Shown: positions 38,972-49,273, counted from the stretch's first letter. The stretch: DNA of 64,000 nucleotides from Desulfatiglandales bacterium (GCA_963667015.2 CAXXJJ010000001.1:288001-352000), one strand, 5' to 3'. Translations and numbers: made by a program. Notes: generated by a model not told the origin, from the letters alone.

Positions 38972-39237
38972 TGTTTTACTTTTGAGATATTTTCAATATA
39001 TCCCAACTATGATGTAAGTGTGAATACTGGCAAGCTATGTTGTGAGATTGGTTATGTTGTGTGTTTTAATTCCCTCCATATAATTCATCATTTAATTCCA
39101 AAAGAAAGTTTATGTATACCGGATGAATAGATGATTTTTGCTGTATTCAAGTATTATGCAAGAATACTTAAACGGTGCAAAAAACAGGAAAGGCAGTCAC
39201 AATAACCCTGTCCGATTAATTTGCGGATCACCTGTTA

Positions 39238-40683
39238 TCAGTCAAAATTATTTTTTACCTGAGGAATATTTGAAAGCCTTAGGATTTCACCCTGAATATC
39301 ATAATATCCTGTTTTCCTTATCGGTATATCCAGTTGTTGTATTTCAAGGTTGCTGCCAATGGCTAAAATAATAAATACTCGCCCGTTTGCAAATGAGTAT
39401 TCATGCTCGGAAATCTTGATAGAAGTAAAATCTACTGACCAAGTGACCCTTACACTGTGGCCAGATTCTGTTGAGCCCGCTTGATAAAATGAAAAATCAA
39501 ATGAATTCGAATCCACTGATTGTCCTTTGCTCATACTGCTGAAAACAACAAATTCTAAACCGTCTTCACCTGTTTCCCACATAGTAACGCCCTGAATGAT
39601 CGGGTCTCTAGTGGTGACCACTACTGATACATTTTCCTGCTTAAGGCCTTCAACTGAACCTGAAACAAGATTGCGTATCTCCTGCATCTGTCTGGTGGTC
39701 AACGATTTTCCTGGATAAAGTCCCACAACAACAGATGCTAATTCTTCCGCGAAGATTGAATCCCCTGAGGTCACAATATTGACTCTGGCATGATCGATAG
39801 AGTCAAATTCTCTTCTTATTGTTTTTGCCAATTCACCCTGGAGAACCTGTTTTTGTTCTAATTCAGTTTTTTGAAATTTTAACTTCAATAAATCTGCTAT
39901 TTTTGTTGCAATATTTTCTTGAATAGCAAATACATCTTTCAGCTCTCTATCATATGTCTCAGACCAAATGTGAGAACCGTCATCTGTTTTAATCAACTGA
40001 ACAGTAATGCGTAGAGTATTTCCAGATTTTCTCACACTACCCATAAGAATATGATCAACGCTAAGTAGGCTTGCTATCTCCTTAATAGATTTATGCGATC
40101 CTTTATAAGAAAATGATGCTGTACTTGAAGTAACCTTGAGTCCTTGTATTTTAGATATATTAGAGATGATTTCATCTGATAATCCATCTACAAAGTATCC
40201 TTGATCTTTGTCTGGTGATAAATCCTCAAACGGTAAGACAGCAATGGTCTTTGGGCCAACTTTCAAAGCTTCAACAGGTGGTTGCTCAGACAACATGGAA
40301 GACTGTTTTATTGATTGATGAGAGTAAATACTCCAGCAAAGTGCTCCTGCTGATATAATGATTATAACGATGACAGCTGCGGCAGTAATTTTACGGGGTA
40401 TTTTACCAAAGAATCCTGTCGGAGTTACAGCTAATTGTGCTGCATCTTCAGTATAACTTTTTTCCGCAAACGATTCCGGTGGACCAAGGATTTCCAATAC
40501 TCCAGCCATTTGAGAAAGTGTCACCTCTTCTTCCGGTAATTCCGAAACTGCATCTTCAATATGCCGATGCACCTCCTGAATAATTTCATCAACATCCTTG
40601 TCTGGTATCCCGGTCAAAGCTTCTCTTAGACGCGAAAGATAATCAAGCTCAAGCTTTTGAGCCTCATGGTTCTTACGTTTCAT
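39238..40683 (-). CDS. Chimeric membrane protein: HAAS/DUF1700-like N-terminus, TM, TolB-N-like domain, FliF/YscJ-like segment and unknown C-terminus
   Basis: DYLSRLREAL...EVHRHIEDA...LGPPE; TIAVLPFEDLSPDKDQGYFVDGLSDEII; LQGELAKTI...IDHARVNI...ASVVV...NLVSGSVEGLKQENVSVV. Confidence 0.75.
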   Translation of the reverse strand: MKRKNHEAQKLELDYLSRLREALTGIPDKDVDEIIQEVHRHIEDAVSELPEEEVTLSQMAGVLEILGPPESFAEKSYTEDAAQLAVTPTGFFGKIPRKITAAAVIVIIIISAGALCWSIYSHQSIKQSSMLSEQPPVEALKVGPKTIAVLPFEDLSPDKDQGYFVDGLSDEIISNISKIQGLKVTSSTASFSYKGSHKSIKEIASLLSVDHILMGSVRKSGNTLRITVQLIKTDDGSHIWSETYDRELKDVFAIQENIATKIADLLKLKFQKTELEQKQVLQGELAKTIRREFDSIDHARVNIVTSGDSIFAEELASVVVGLYPGKSLTTRQMQEIRNLVSGSVEGLKQENVSVVVTTRDPIIQGVTMWETGEDGLEFVVFSSMSKGQSVDSNSFDFSFYQAGSTESGHSVRVTWSVDFTSIKISEHEYSFANGRVFIILAIGSNLEIQQLDIPIRKTGYYDIQGEILRLSNIPQVKNNFD

Positions 40684-40700
40684 TATTTTTTATCTCCCTG

Positions 40701-41045
40701 TCAGTTTTTAGTTTTGATCATCAAGTTTGCCACATGCCTATTAATTTCATTCCACGTTTTGTTGATTTCCTGAACTCTTTCCTTCCCTTCGGGAGTCAGG
40801 CTATATTTGCGTCTGGGCGGTCCGCTGGGAGACTCTTCTATCACACTACTAAGCAAATCCTCCCGCTTTAAGCGGTTCAACAGAGGATAAATCGTCCCAA
40901 CTGTAACCATCAACCCGGGAATTGCAGTTAAACGTTTTACCAGTTCATATCCGTGCATCTGTTCCCGGGCAAGAAGATTTAATAGGCAAAGCTCCAGCAA
41001 GCCTTTCTTTACCTGGGTCAGCCATTTTGAATCGCTCAAATTCAT
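40701..41045 (-). CDS. PadR-family transcriptional regulator
   Basis: QVKKGLLELCLL, HGYEL, GTIYPLLNRL and GPPRRKYSLT motifs. Confidence 0.93.
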   Translation of the reverse strand: MNLSDSKWLTQVKKGLLELCLLNLLAREQMHGYELVKRLTAIPGLMVTVGTIYPLLNRLKREDLLSSVIEESPSGPPRRKYSLTPEGKERVQEINKTWNEINRHVANLMIKTKN

Positions 41046-41068
41046 ACTCCTGCTAATTAGTTATACAT

Positions 41069-41091
41069 GGTATTATGTACTACAAGATACC
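41069..41091. promoter_or_regulatory. Imperfect palindrome over the padR promoter (likely auto-operator)
   Basis: GGTATTATGTA-C-TACAAGATACC, overlapping the minus-strand -10 (CATAAT, 41072-41077) and just downstream of TTGACA (41096-41101). Confidence 0.6.
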
Positions 41092-41657
41092 TTGTTGTCA
41101 ATAGCTTGTTTGGTTTTTGTTGATTTTTGAGATTTTTTTTAACAAATAATGCGGGGATAGGAAAGAATCACACGGGTTAAAAGTTATAACTAATAATAGT
41201 TATATACATTTTAATAAGGAATTCGAATTCAAGTATTATTATCCAATACTTGAATTATTAGCACTCTTATATGATTCAAGAATACCATTACAATACATCA
41301 ATATGTTGTATTTCCAGAAATAGGGGTTAAACCTTGAATATCTGCTATTGATCATAGGTTTTTGAAGTGCTCAAAAACTTGTGATATCTCTATTGTATCT
41401 GATTAGTATTTGGGATGAGAAAACAAAGATAAGGAAGTTATCAATCCAGGCCCTCCGTGCACTGACCTCTCGGATGAAACTTCATTTAAAATTAAGGGAC
41501 ACAGATTTACACAGATGAACACAGATCTTTTGTTTTTTAAAAAATCCTAATAATCCGTGTTAATCCGTGTCCAATTATATGCTTTTAGTTTTTAGTAAAA
41601 AAATAAATGTTTTTCTCTGCGTCCTCTGCGTCCTCTGTGAGAGATATGTATTTTCTT

Positions 41658-42215
41658 TTAGCTTTTCTCCCTGTGATCATACTCTAAATAATAGCGGTAA
41701 AATGCCGCGAGTATAAGCGAGTGTGATATCTCCCCATCTTTAATAAGTTTCGGGATGTCTGCAAGGGGTCTTAATATAACTTCAATGTCCTCCTTGTCAT
41801 CCAGCTCCTGGGGACCGTCAGGAAAGCAGTCCAGGGCAAGGTATGAATGGCACCTGTTGTTTAAAAAGGCAGGGTTGGCATATACCATGCCGAGGTAAAC
41901 CATTTCCGACGGGCTGTAACCGGTCTCCTCTTTCAGTTCCCTTACTGCCGCATCAAGGGGTGTATCTCCTTCCTCAACAATGCCTCCGGGGATTTCAAGT
42001 ACTATATCGCTTACTCCATGCCTGTACTGCCTTATGAGTACAACCTCCTTATTCTTTGTAACAGGTATGATATTGACCCACTCCTTTGATTCAAACACAT
42101 AAAATTCATGCTCCCTGCCGGTTCTGGGGGAAACTGCACGGTCAATGCGCAGATCAAAAATTCTGAATGATTTTTCTATTGTGCTTGATACCAGTTTCCA
42201 GGGTTTAACTTTCAA
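41658..42215 (-). CDS. NUDIX hydrolase (ADP-ribose pyrophosphatase-like)
   Basis: Nudix box GGIVEEGDTPLDAAVRELKEETGY. Confidence 0.93.
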   Translation of the reverse strand: MKVKPWKLVSSTIEKSFRIFDLRIDRAVSPRTGREHEFYVFESKEWVNIIPVTKNKEVVLIRQYRHGVSDIVLEIPGGIVEEGDTPLDAAVRELKEETGYSPSEMVYLGMVYANPAFLNNRCHSYLALDCFPDGPQELDDKEDIEVILRPLADIPKLIKDGEISHSLILAAFYRYYLEYDHREKS

Positions 42216-42239
42216 AATCTTTCCTCCATTGATTTATCA

Positions 42240-44135
42240 TTAATCTATAAAACCATAAAGGTCTTCCAGTTGGTTGCTTATTCTCATTTCGGGCAGGCTG
42301 TTGATAAAAAACCTGCCGTAGCCGCTTCTAATTATTCGCTTGTCAAGGACCGCAAGGATGCCCCGGTCGCTGCTTTTCCTGATTAGCCGTCCAAGTCCCT
42401 GCTTGAGCGCTATTATAGCCGATGGAACCTGATATTCCATAAAGGGGTTTCCCTCCCTCCTGTTTATCACATCGATGCGGGCCGCTACAAGGGGGTCTCC
42501 CGGTGAGTCAAAGGGCAGCTTGTCTATAATAAGGCAGCTTAATGTTTCTCCCGGCACATCCACTCCCTGCCAGAATGATCCGGTTGCCAGGAGGACCGAA
42601 TGTGTATCATCCCTGAATTTTTCCAGGAGAATGGTCCTTGGCGCCTCCCCCTGTCTGAATATTCTGTATGGGAGAGTATCTTTTAGCGATTCATAAACAG
42701 AATTGAGGTTATAGTAACTGGTAAAGAGGATCAGGGCGCGCCCTGAAGAGAGTTTAAGGATTTCTGCAATTCTGCCTGTGATGCCGGCAACAAATTCCCC
42801 GTTGTTGGGTAATGGCAGATCATTGGGAATATAAAGCATAACCTGTTCCCTGAAATCAAAATGTGACGGGCATATTGTTTCCAGGGCATTCTCATGTATC
42901 CCGAGTCTTGACCTTATATAGTCGAATGTCCCGTTCACCGAAAGGGTAGCAGATGTAAACACTATCGATTTTACCCGTGAGTAGAGCTGTTCACGCATAT
43001 ACCCGGCCACATCAAGGGGTGACGCATGAAAGGCAATCCCCCTTTTTCTTTTCTCATACCACTCCAGCCAATCTCCTTTACCCGCGCTGAAGATTATACC
43101 CAGGCTGTTTTCCAGCTCCTGGGCCCGCATGGAGAGAGGATTTTCAAATACACCCTGGATAAACCTGAGCCCTTTCCTGATTTTGTCCAGCGCATCTTTA
43201 TATTTGGATTCTTCTTCCGCAATATCTATTCTTCCCTTGTCAGGAGATTCCGAAAAGAGTGTGTTCAGATGTGCAATACCTGTTTTTAAGGCGGCGAGAC
43301 TCAGTTTTAATTTGTCCGGATCGTCCAACTTATTTTCTTCGGCCTCCTTCTGGGCATCGGACGCCAGATCCAGCAGCTGGCCGCTGCTCAATCCTGCCCC
43401 GAAATAGATCGTGGCTATCTCCTCCACCTTGTGAGCCTCATCAAATACCGCGACCTCAAACCTTGGAATTACCTCTCCAAAGCCGTCGGACTTGAGCATC
43501 AGGTCTGCAAAAAAAAGGTGATGGTTCACGATTATTATATCCGCCTTTGCTGCAAGTCTCCTAAGGTTCATGATAAAACAATCGTCCCTGTGAGGACAAT
43601 CGGTGCCCCTGCACCGGTCAGAGGATGATGAGATCAAATCCCAGGTCGAGTCATCATCTCCCATCCATCCGAGTTCTGACCTGTCCCCTGTCCTGGTCTT
43701 AAGAAGCCATGAATCAATGAGCTGTCTCTGTTTTGCCATTTCAGGTTTTAAAAAGGATGTTGTGTCAAAGTGCTGATGATACCTGTTGAGGCATATGTAG
43801 TTTGTCCTTCCCTTCATCAGCAGGGTGTTTATCTTAAGGCCCATGGCCCCGGTGATTGCAGGAAGATCCTTAAAAAATATCTGTTCCTGAAGATTCTTTG
43901 TACCGGTTGAGATGACCGTCTTTTTCCCGCTCAGTATCACCGGTACAAGGTACCCCATGGTTTTTCCAACTCCTGTGCCTGCCTCGATTATAACCTGATT
44001 GCTGCAATCAATGGCGTCTTTGATAAGACGGGCCATTTGAATCTGGGCCGGCCGGTATTCAAAGTCGCTGAGTGCCCTGGATAACAGCCCGTCATCTCCA
44101 AGTATTTTTTCTATTATCTGAGTTTTTGAATTCAT
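42240..44135 (-). CDS. DinG/YoaA-family ATP-dependent DNA helicase
   Basis: EAGTGVGKT, KGRTNYIC, DEAH, SATL, GSFWQGVDVPG and QGLGRLIR motifs; ATG at 44135 preferred. Confidence 0.93.
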   Translation of the reverse strand: MNSKTQIIEKILGDDGLLSRALSDFEYRPAQIQMARLIKDAIDCSNQVIIEAGTGVGKTMGYLVPVILSGKKTVISTGTKNLQEQIFFKDLPAITGAMGLKINTLLMKGRTNYICLNRYHQHFDTTSFLKPEMAKQRQLIDSWLLKTRTGDRSELGWMGDDDSTWDLISSSSDRCRGTDCPHRDDCFIMNLRRLAAKADIIIVNHHLFFADLMLKSDGFGEVIPRFEVAVFDEAHKVEEIATIYFGAGLSSGQLLDLASDAQKEAEENKLDDPDKLKLSLAALKTGIAHLNTLFSESPDKGRIDIAEEESKYKDALDKIRKGLRFIQGVFENPLSMRAQELENSLGIIFSAGKGDWLEWYEKRKRGIAFHASPLDVAGYMREQLYSRVKSIVFTSATLSVNGTFDYIRSRLGIHENALETICPSHFDFREQVMLYIPNDLPLPNNGEFVAGITGRIAEILKLSSGRALILFTSYYNLNSVYESLKDTLPYRIFRQGEAPRTILLEKFRDDTHSVLLATGSFWQGVDVPGETLSCLIIDKLPFDSPGDPLVAARIDVINRREGNPFMEYQVPSAIIALKQGLGRLIRKSSDRGILAVLDKRIIRSGYGRFFINSLPEMRISNQLEDLYGFID

Positions 44136-44459
44136 GGCCTGAATAATAGGGCTATAGATTGATAAGGTCAATGAAGAACAGTTATCTAACCTTCCTCTGT
44201 TTTGACGCATAGTCAAAATACTAAACAAATATCAGAAAGACTGGTGGCGTCTGTATCTTAAAACAGGTTCTTCTAAATCGGGATTAATCATTTTTTTAAA
44301 TAATTTTGCATAATAAACCGTCAAAACTGCACATCCTGCCTGCACAGACCTCTATTTAGTACTCGATTTTATTTAATAGATGGATGATATTGCCGATATA
44401 TAGTCATATCCTGAAAATAATGGATGATATGGACGTCGAAGTTGAAAGTATGGGTGTTA

Positions 44460-44475
44460 TGGCACAGAAAATGCA
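44460..44475 (+). promoter_or_regulatory. Sigma54 promoter
   Basis: TGGCAC-AGAAA-ATGCA about 50 nt upstream of a small HTH gene. Confidence 0.7.
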
Positions 44476-44523
44476 AAATGATAATGATGTCCTGAATATA
44501 TTAAGGCTTGCAAGGAGAGTATT

Positions 44524-44703
44524 ATGGAAAAAGAGATTTTAACCATAGAAGAAGCTGCAGCTTATTTACAGATAGGTAAAAGATCAATATACAAACTTGT
44601 AAAAGACGGGAAGATCCCGGGCAAAAAAGTATTAAACAAGTGGCGTTTTGAAAAAGAGAGCCTGCGGGAATGGGTAAGCAAGGGCGAAGAGGCATCGATG
44701 TAG
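44524..44703 (+). CDS. Excisionase-like helix-turn-helix protein (59 aa, missed by the ORF track)
   Basis: AGGAG RBS; MEKEILTIEEAAAYLQIGKRSIYKLVKDGKIPGKKVLNKWRFEKESLREWVSKGEEASM*. Confidence 0.9.
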   Translation: MEKEILTIEEAAAYLQIGKRSIYKLVKDGKIPGKKVLNKWRFEKESLREWVSKGEEASM

Positions 44704-44911
44704 GGGCATGCCTGAGGTGGGTATTATTATAGGTTAAAAACAAACGTTTAAAAACTTCCCATATAATCACCAATTCAAAATTTAAAATTCGTCTTCCATC
44801 CGGATATGATGTTTATCCGGTATTAGAACATGGAACTGTCGCAGAGGTGTTTTTTCAATGATTGAATCACCACAGGCCTGAGGCCGGGATTTATTTGACT
44901 TGTGCGATAAT

Positions 44912-45775
44912 TCAACCGACCTTCTCTGCCTCCGGCGGTTCTTCGGTTTTCTCCTCATTTAATTCAAGTACCCTGTTCATGCTGCCAGATTTAAAGCCTT
45001 CCAGGTCAAGGGCTATATGCCTGAAGCCGATCTTTTTCAGCTCCGCGATTATCTTGTTACGAAGCAGGGAATCCGTCAACCTGGGGATCTCATCCTCTTC
45101 TATCTCTATCCTTGCAACTATGCCGTGGTGCCTCACCCTGTACTGCCTGAAACCTTCGTCAGCAAGAATCTCCTCGGCACAGCCTACCATTGAAATATTT
45201 TCTTCGGTTATTGGTGTCCCGTAGGGAATTCGTGAAGCAAGGCATGCCATTGAGGGTCTGTCCCATGTTGAAAGCCCCAGTTCTTTTGACAGGTATCGTA
45301 TTTCATCCTTGCTGAGCTGTGCGTCAACAAGGGGCGCAATTAATCCCACCTCCTCAGCCGCCTTTATACCTGGTCTGTAGTCCCCAAGGTCATCAATGTT
45401 GATTGCATGTGCGATATTGGCAATTCCCTTTTCCTGTGCTATCTGGCGGAGCTTAAGGCACAGGGCCTTCTTGCAGTGGTAACACCGGTCAGGCGCGTTT
45501 GCCGCAAACTCAGGTATGCTTTTTTCATCTGAATGAAAAACTATATGTTCTATTGATGTTTCCTTTGTAAACTGCGTTGCACTTTTCCTGTCTGTCAACG
45601 GCTGAACCGCGGAGCTTGCGGTAGCAGCCGTAACCCTGTCTCCCAGCGTATCGGCCGCGACAGCAAGAAGGAAGGTACTGTCAACACCACCTGAAAAGGC
45701 CACCAGCAGAGACGGCAGTTTTTCCAGTGCCTTGACAAGTGCATCCTTCTTTTTTACTGCGAGCAATCTATCCAT
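44912..45775 (-). CDS. larE: LarE-like ATP-dependent sulfur transferase
   Basis: VAFSGGVDST, RCYHCK, DDLGDYRPG, ACLASRIPYG, RVRHHG and GFKSGSMN motifs. Confidence 0.9.
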   Translation of the reverse strand: MDRLLAVKKKDALVKALEKLPSLLVAFSGGVDSTFLLAVAADTLGDRVTAATASSAVQPLTDRKSATQFTKETSIEHIVFHSDEKSIPEFAANAPDRCYHCKKALCLKLRQIAQEKGIANIAHAINIDDLGDYRPGIKAAEEVGLIAPLVDAQLSKDEIRYLSKELGLSTWDRPSMACLASRIPYGTPITEENISMVGCAEEILADEGFRQYRVRHHGIVARIEIEEDEIPRLTDSLLRNKIIAELKKIGFRHIALDLEGFKSGSMNRVLELNEEKTEEPPEAEKVG

Positions 45776-46090
45776 GGACCATGTAAATAAAAGGTTAACA
45801 GGATTTTTCTAAAACCAGCAGGGCATACAGCGTAACAGATTTGATGCAAATAGCATAGCCGTAATAGAGAGTCAACAGGACCGTTGCCCTGATAACAGGA
45901 ATTAAGAACAATTACCCGGTAAAAATAGCCACCACCATGCCTTTCCAGATATAAAAACGCTCAAAGGTAATAATAGCGTGGAAAAAAGTGATATTCATCA
46001 TATTTTATGCTTGATATTTGCTTTTCATTGCTTTATTGTCCCAAGTACTTTCGATTTTAACATCATATCATTTTTGAAAGGAGGAATAGA

Positions 46091-46360
46091 ATGAATAAGG
46101 GTGATCTAGTTAATGAGGTAGCAAAGGTAGTTGCAACAAAGAAAGAGGCTCAGGCCGCAGTTGACTGTGTATTTGATTCAATTACAAAGGCTCTCAAAAA
46201 GAAAGACTCAGTTACACTGGTGGGGTTCGGTACATTTAAGGTAGACAAGAGAAAAGCAAGAAAGGGTAGGAACCCGCAGACTGGCGAAGAGATCAAAATC
46301 AAAGCCAAAAAAGTGCCAAAGTTTGTTGCTGGAAAAGGTCTTAAAGACGCTGTTAAGTAA
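46091..46360 (+). CDS. hup: DNA-binding protein HU
   Basis: MNKGDLV, GFGTF and RKGRNPQTGEEIKI motifs. Confidence 0.96.
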   Translation: MNKGDLVNEVAKVVATKKEAQAAVDCVFDSITKALKKKDSVTLVGFGTFKVDKRKARKGRNPQTGEEIKIKAKKVPKFVAGKGLKDAVK

Positions 46361-46383
46361 GCCTGTCTTCTACTTACACACCG

Positions 46384-46418
46384 AAACCCCCTCAGGTAAT
46401 TTCCTGCGGGGGTTTTTT
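46384..46418 (+). terminator. Intrinsic terminator after HU
   Basis: AAACCCCC.CAGG...CCTG.GGGGGTTTTTT. Confidence 0.8.
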
Positions 46419-46433
46419 ATTGGCGTATTTACC

Positions 46434-47333
46434 ATGAAAAAAATTTTTATCCCCCTTATTATACTCATGCTGTTTATAACAGTATGTCATGCAGAGGATC
46501 TTAATTCCGTCAGGCAAAATGAGGTGACAATAGTCTTTGATGACGGCCTTGAAAACGCTGCATTAGCCGCTGCCCGGATCTACCCGGAGATTAAAAGTGG
46601 TCTTGAAATGATCATTGGATGGAAAATTGATTTTTATCCCACGGTCTACCTTGTAAAAGATCATAAGCGCTTTCAGCTTATGGCAGGACATCCCCTTGTT
46701 GTAGGTTATGCAGTGCCCGAAAAGATGCTTATTGTGATTGATTATTCAAAGTTGCTGTCTGATCCCCTCTCTCTATCTTCAATAATAAAACACGAGCTGT
46801 GTCATCTCCTGCTGCACAAATATATAAATGAAACGAATCTTCCCAAGTGGTTCGATGAAGGCATATCGCAGTGGGTAAGCGGCGGGCTTGCGGATATCAT
46901 GATGGCAAATCGATCCCCTCTCGACAGGGCAATCGTGACTGGCAGGCTGATACCCTTCAGGTATCTTTCCCGGAGATTCCCCGGGGATAATGAATCCCTT
47001 ATGCTCGCCTATGCCCAGAGCAGAAGCCTTGTAGAATATATGGTGAATAAATTTAACCCCGATGGATTACAGGCGCTGTTAAACAGCCTGAGGAGCGGGA
47101 AGGATATGGAAAGCGCACTTTACCGGACCTTCATGATCACCTTTGATGAACTGGAAAAAAACTGGTATAGTGCCATGAAAGAAAAGGGAGCATGGCTGAC
47201 CCTTCTTATAAGTCATCTCTATGAAATTATATTTTTCCTTGGGGCCTTATCACTTGTAGCTGCCTATGTGAAGATAGCGATAAGGAAAAGGGCAATGAGA
47301 TATAGTGAGGATGACGACGATTATATGGGATAG
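46434..47333 (+). CDS. Peptidase MA-like zinc metallopeptidase, membrane-anchored
   Basis: Signal peptide, HELCH...PKWFDEG, AYAQS and a C-terminal TM. Confidence 0.85.
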   Translation: MKKIFIPLIILMLFITVCHAEDLNSVRQNEVTIVFDDGLENAALAAARIYPEIKSGLEMIIGWKIDFYPTVYLVKDHKRFQLMAGHPLVVGYAVPEKMLIVIDYSKLLSDPLSLSSIIKHELCHLLLHKYINETNLPKWFDEGISQWVSGGLADIMMANRSPLDRAIVTGRLIPFRYLSRRFPGDNESLMLAYAQSRSLVEYMVNKFNPDGLQALLNSLRSGKDMESALYRTFMITFDELEKNWYSAMKEKGAWLTLLISHLYEIIFFLGALSLVAAYVKIAIRKRAMRYSEDDDDYMG

Positions 47334-47408
47334 CCTACGCAGTCCCGGGAAGATCTCTCTGTTGAGTGATCAACAGCAATATATTGATTAACGTTCAGGT
47401 AATAATTT

Positions 47409-47684
47409 ATGAAAAACGATAATGCAGATCATGTAGATGAGTATTCAATCAGGTGCCCTCGACTCGGGCATGCCATTACCTTTGCCTACTGCCGCAGGGA
47501 AAATAATGGGATTCCATGTTTTAAGACCCTCGATTGCTGGTTCCAGTATTTTCCTGTTGAAGACTACCTGCGGGAAAAGCTTACCCCGGAAGAATGGGAA
47601 AAGGCCTTTAAACGGAAGGGGGCTACAAAGGTCCAGTCTCTCCTTGAGCTGATAGAGGAGGCAAAGAAAAGGGCCGGGACATAA
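47409..47684 (+). CDS. Small Cys-containing hypothetical protein
   Basis: RCPRLGH...YC...PC...DCW. Confidence 0.75.
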   Translation: MKNDNADHVDEYSIRCPRLGHAITFAYCRRENNGIPCFKTLDCWFQYFPVEDYLREKLTPEEWEKAFKRKGATKVQSLLELIEEAKKRAGT

Positions 47685-47747
47685 TGTCCTGTGACAGGTG
47701 TGTCAGTTTACGGGCCTTAAAAATGCCTTAATTAGTGAGGAGAAAAA

Positions 47748-47951
47748 ATGGAGTGTAAAAGGGAAAGAAATCTTGAGAAATGTACATGCACCTACAGCTC
47801 ATGCAATAAACAGGGTATATGCTGCGATTGCATTTCCTACCACCTTCGCATGAGGCAGCTTCCGGGGTGCTGTTTTTCAAAATCAGCGGAAGCTACCTAT
47901 GACAGGTCATTTGAACACTTTGCAAGGCTTGTAGAATCAGGAGAGTTATGA
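47748..47951 (+). CDS. Small Cys-rich protein (DUF6485-like)
   Basis: GAGGAG RBS; CTCTY..C...G.CCDCISYH...LPGCCF. Confidence 0.8.
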   Translation: MECKRERNLEKCTCTYSSCNKQGICCDCISYHLRMRQLPGCCFSKSAEATYDRSFEHFARLVESGEL

Positions 47952-47960
47952 ATTTATAGT

Positions 47961-48716
47961 TTAATTCCCATAGGTCTTTAAATAATTATCAAAGAGGGCC
48001 TTTGTCTTTTCATCCATGGCCCTTTTGCTGCCCTTTATAAGTACCGGGATTTTTTCTTCGTAAAGATATTCAACCACTTCCCTGATCCCTGCGATGGAAT
48101 ATACTGGAATACCAGTCTTTTCTGTAAAGAGTTTTATGGTGTTTTCTCCCTTTACCTCCGGGATATACATCCCACTGTCATCATAGACTGCTGTGCTTTG
48201 CTCTCTGTCTATGGCTATGCCGATTCCGGCAATATTGATCCTGATCCCTTTTGAGGCAGCTTCATCGTTAAGCCTATCAATCAGTTCATATTTTGTGCCC
48301 ATGGTCGTCGTAACGTCATCAACAATAAATATCCTGCAGCCGTCATACAGGGTCCTGTTGACCATCAGACTTTTTGATGTGCTTCCTTCACCATGGCTTT
48401 TTACTTCTTTTCTGTCATATTCAAAAAAGAGATCATGGCCGTATTTTTCATAGAGGCCTATTGCCGTTGTAATGGCAATAGCACTCCCCTTGTATGACGG
48501 ACCAAGGATAATGTCGGTTTTTTCGATCAGGCCTGATTCCATGATCATGTCGGCATAGAGAGAGCCCAGTTCCCTGCTCAGTCTGGCTGTTCTGAACATT
48601 CCGAAATTAACAAAATAGGGGGTAGGCCTTGTATCCTTCAGGACAAGATTGTCATCAAAAAAAAGCGCCCCGGTTTCGGTTAAAAGCTTTGCAAGTCTTT
48701 GTTTGTATTCTTCCAT
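47961..48716 (-). CDS. pyrE: Orotate phosphoribosyltransferase
   Basis: PYFVNFG, LGPSYKG, YDRKEVKSHGEG and IVDDVTT motifs. Confidence 0.85.
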   Translation of the reverse strand: MEEYKQRLAKLLTETGALFFDDNLVLKDTRPTPYFVNFGMFRTARLSRELGSLYADMIMESGLIEKTDIILGPSYKGSAIAITTAIGLYEKYGHDLFFEYDRKEVKSHGEGSTSKSLMVNRTLYDGCRIFIVDDVTTTMGTKYELIDRLNDEAASKGIRINIAGIGIAIDREQSTAVYDDSGMYIPEVKGENTIKLFTEKTGIPVYSIAGIREVVEYLYEEKIPVLIKGSKRAMDEKTKALFDNYLKTYGN

Positions 48717-48730
48717 ATATAACCACCTTA

Positions 48731-49252
48731 TTAAGATAATATATTAAGGGCCTCAGGTATCAGTCTCCTGATAAGCTCCTCTTTTTCAAAAAGATTTTTT
48801 GATATGTATTCATTATAGCATGGATGGCTTTGGCTGAGGACCGGAGGCCTGGCCTGAATGTCCGGGGCCAGGTCATGAAAATTCATGACCAGTTCAACAA
48901 CAGGGCATTCCTCTCCGGGGTATTCGATGAGCCATCCGAGTCTTTTCATGTATTCATATCTTGACCTGTCCAGGAGGAAAAGATGTATATCTATTACAGC
49001 CATCTTTTCCGCAGGTTCAAGTTCGTTAAAGCCGGAATCTTGCCCCAGGCCTTTCAGTCCCATGATGAGATCATAAAAAAGACCGGTACTTTTCCGGTTT
49101 CCTGCGGCAATGAAACCAAGAGCTCTTTCAGGGATATCTTCCATTCGTGTGGAAATCCCGAAATGATACCCAAACTGGCTGGTCCAGTTCTTAAAGCTTT
49201 TTTGGGCTTTGATTTCACGCCGAGCCTTTTCAATCTCCACGATTTCTGACAT
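48731..49252 (-). CDS. Hypothetical protein
   Basis: 173-aa ORF co-oriented and tightly packed with its neighbours. Confidence 0.75.
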   Translation of the reverse strand: MSEIVEIEKARREIKAQKSFKNWTSQFGYHFGISTRMEDIPERALGFIAAGNRKSTGLFYDLIMGLKGLGQDSGFNELEPAEKMAVIDIHLFLLDRSRYEYMKRLGWLIEYPGEECPVVELVMNFHDLAPDIQARPPVLSQSHPCYNEYISKNLFEKEELIRRLIPEALNILS

Positions 49253-49273
49253 CAGATGTCTCCGGATGATCTG

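Noticed and set aside
41150..41450. Possible gene remnant in the AT-rich region upstream of padR
   Set aside because: The minus-strand frames I translated were short and had no recognisable motif.
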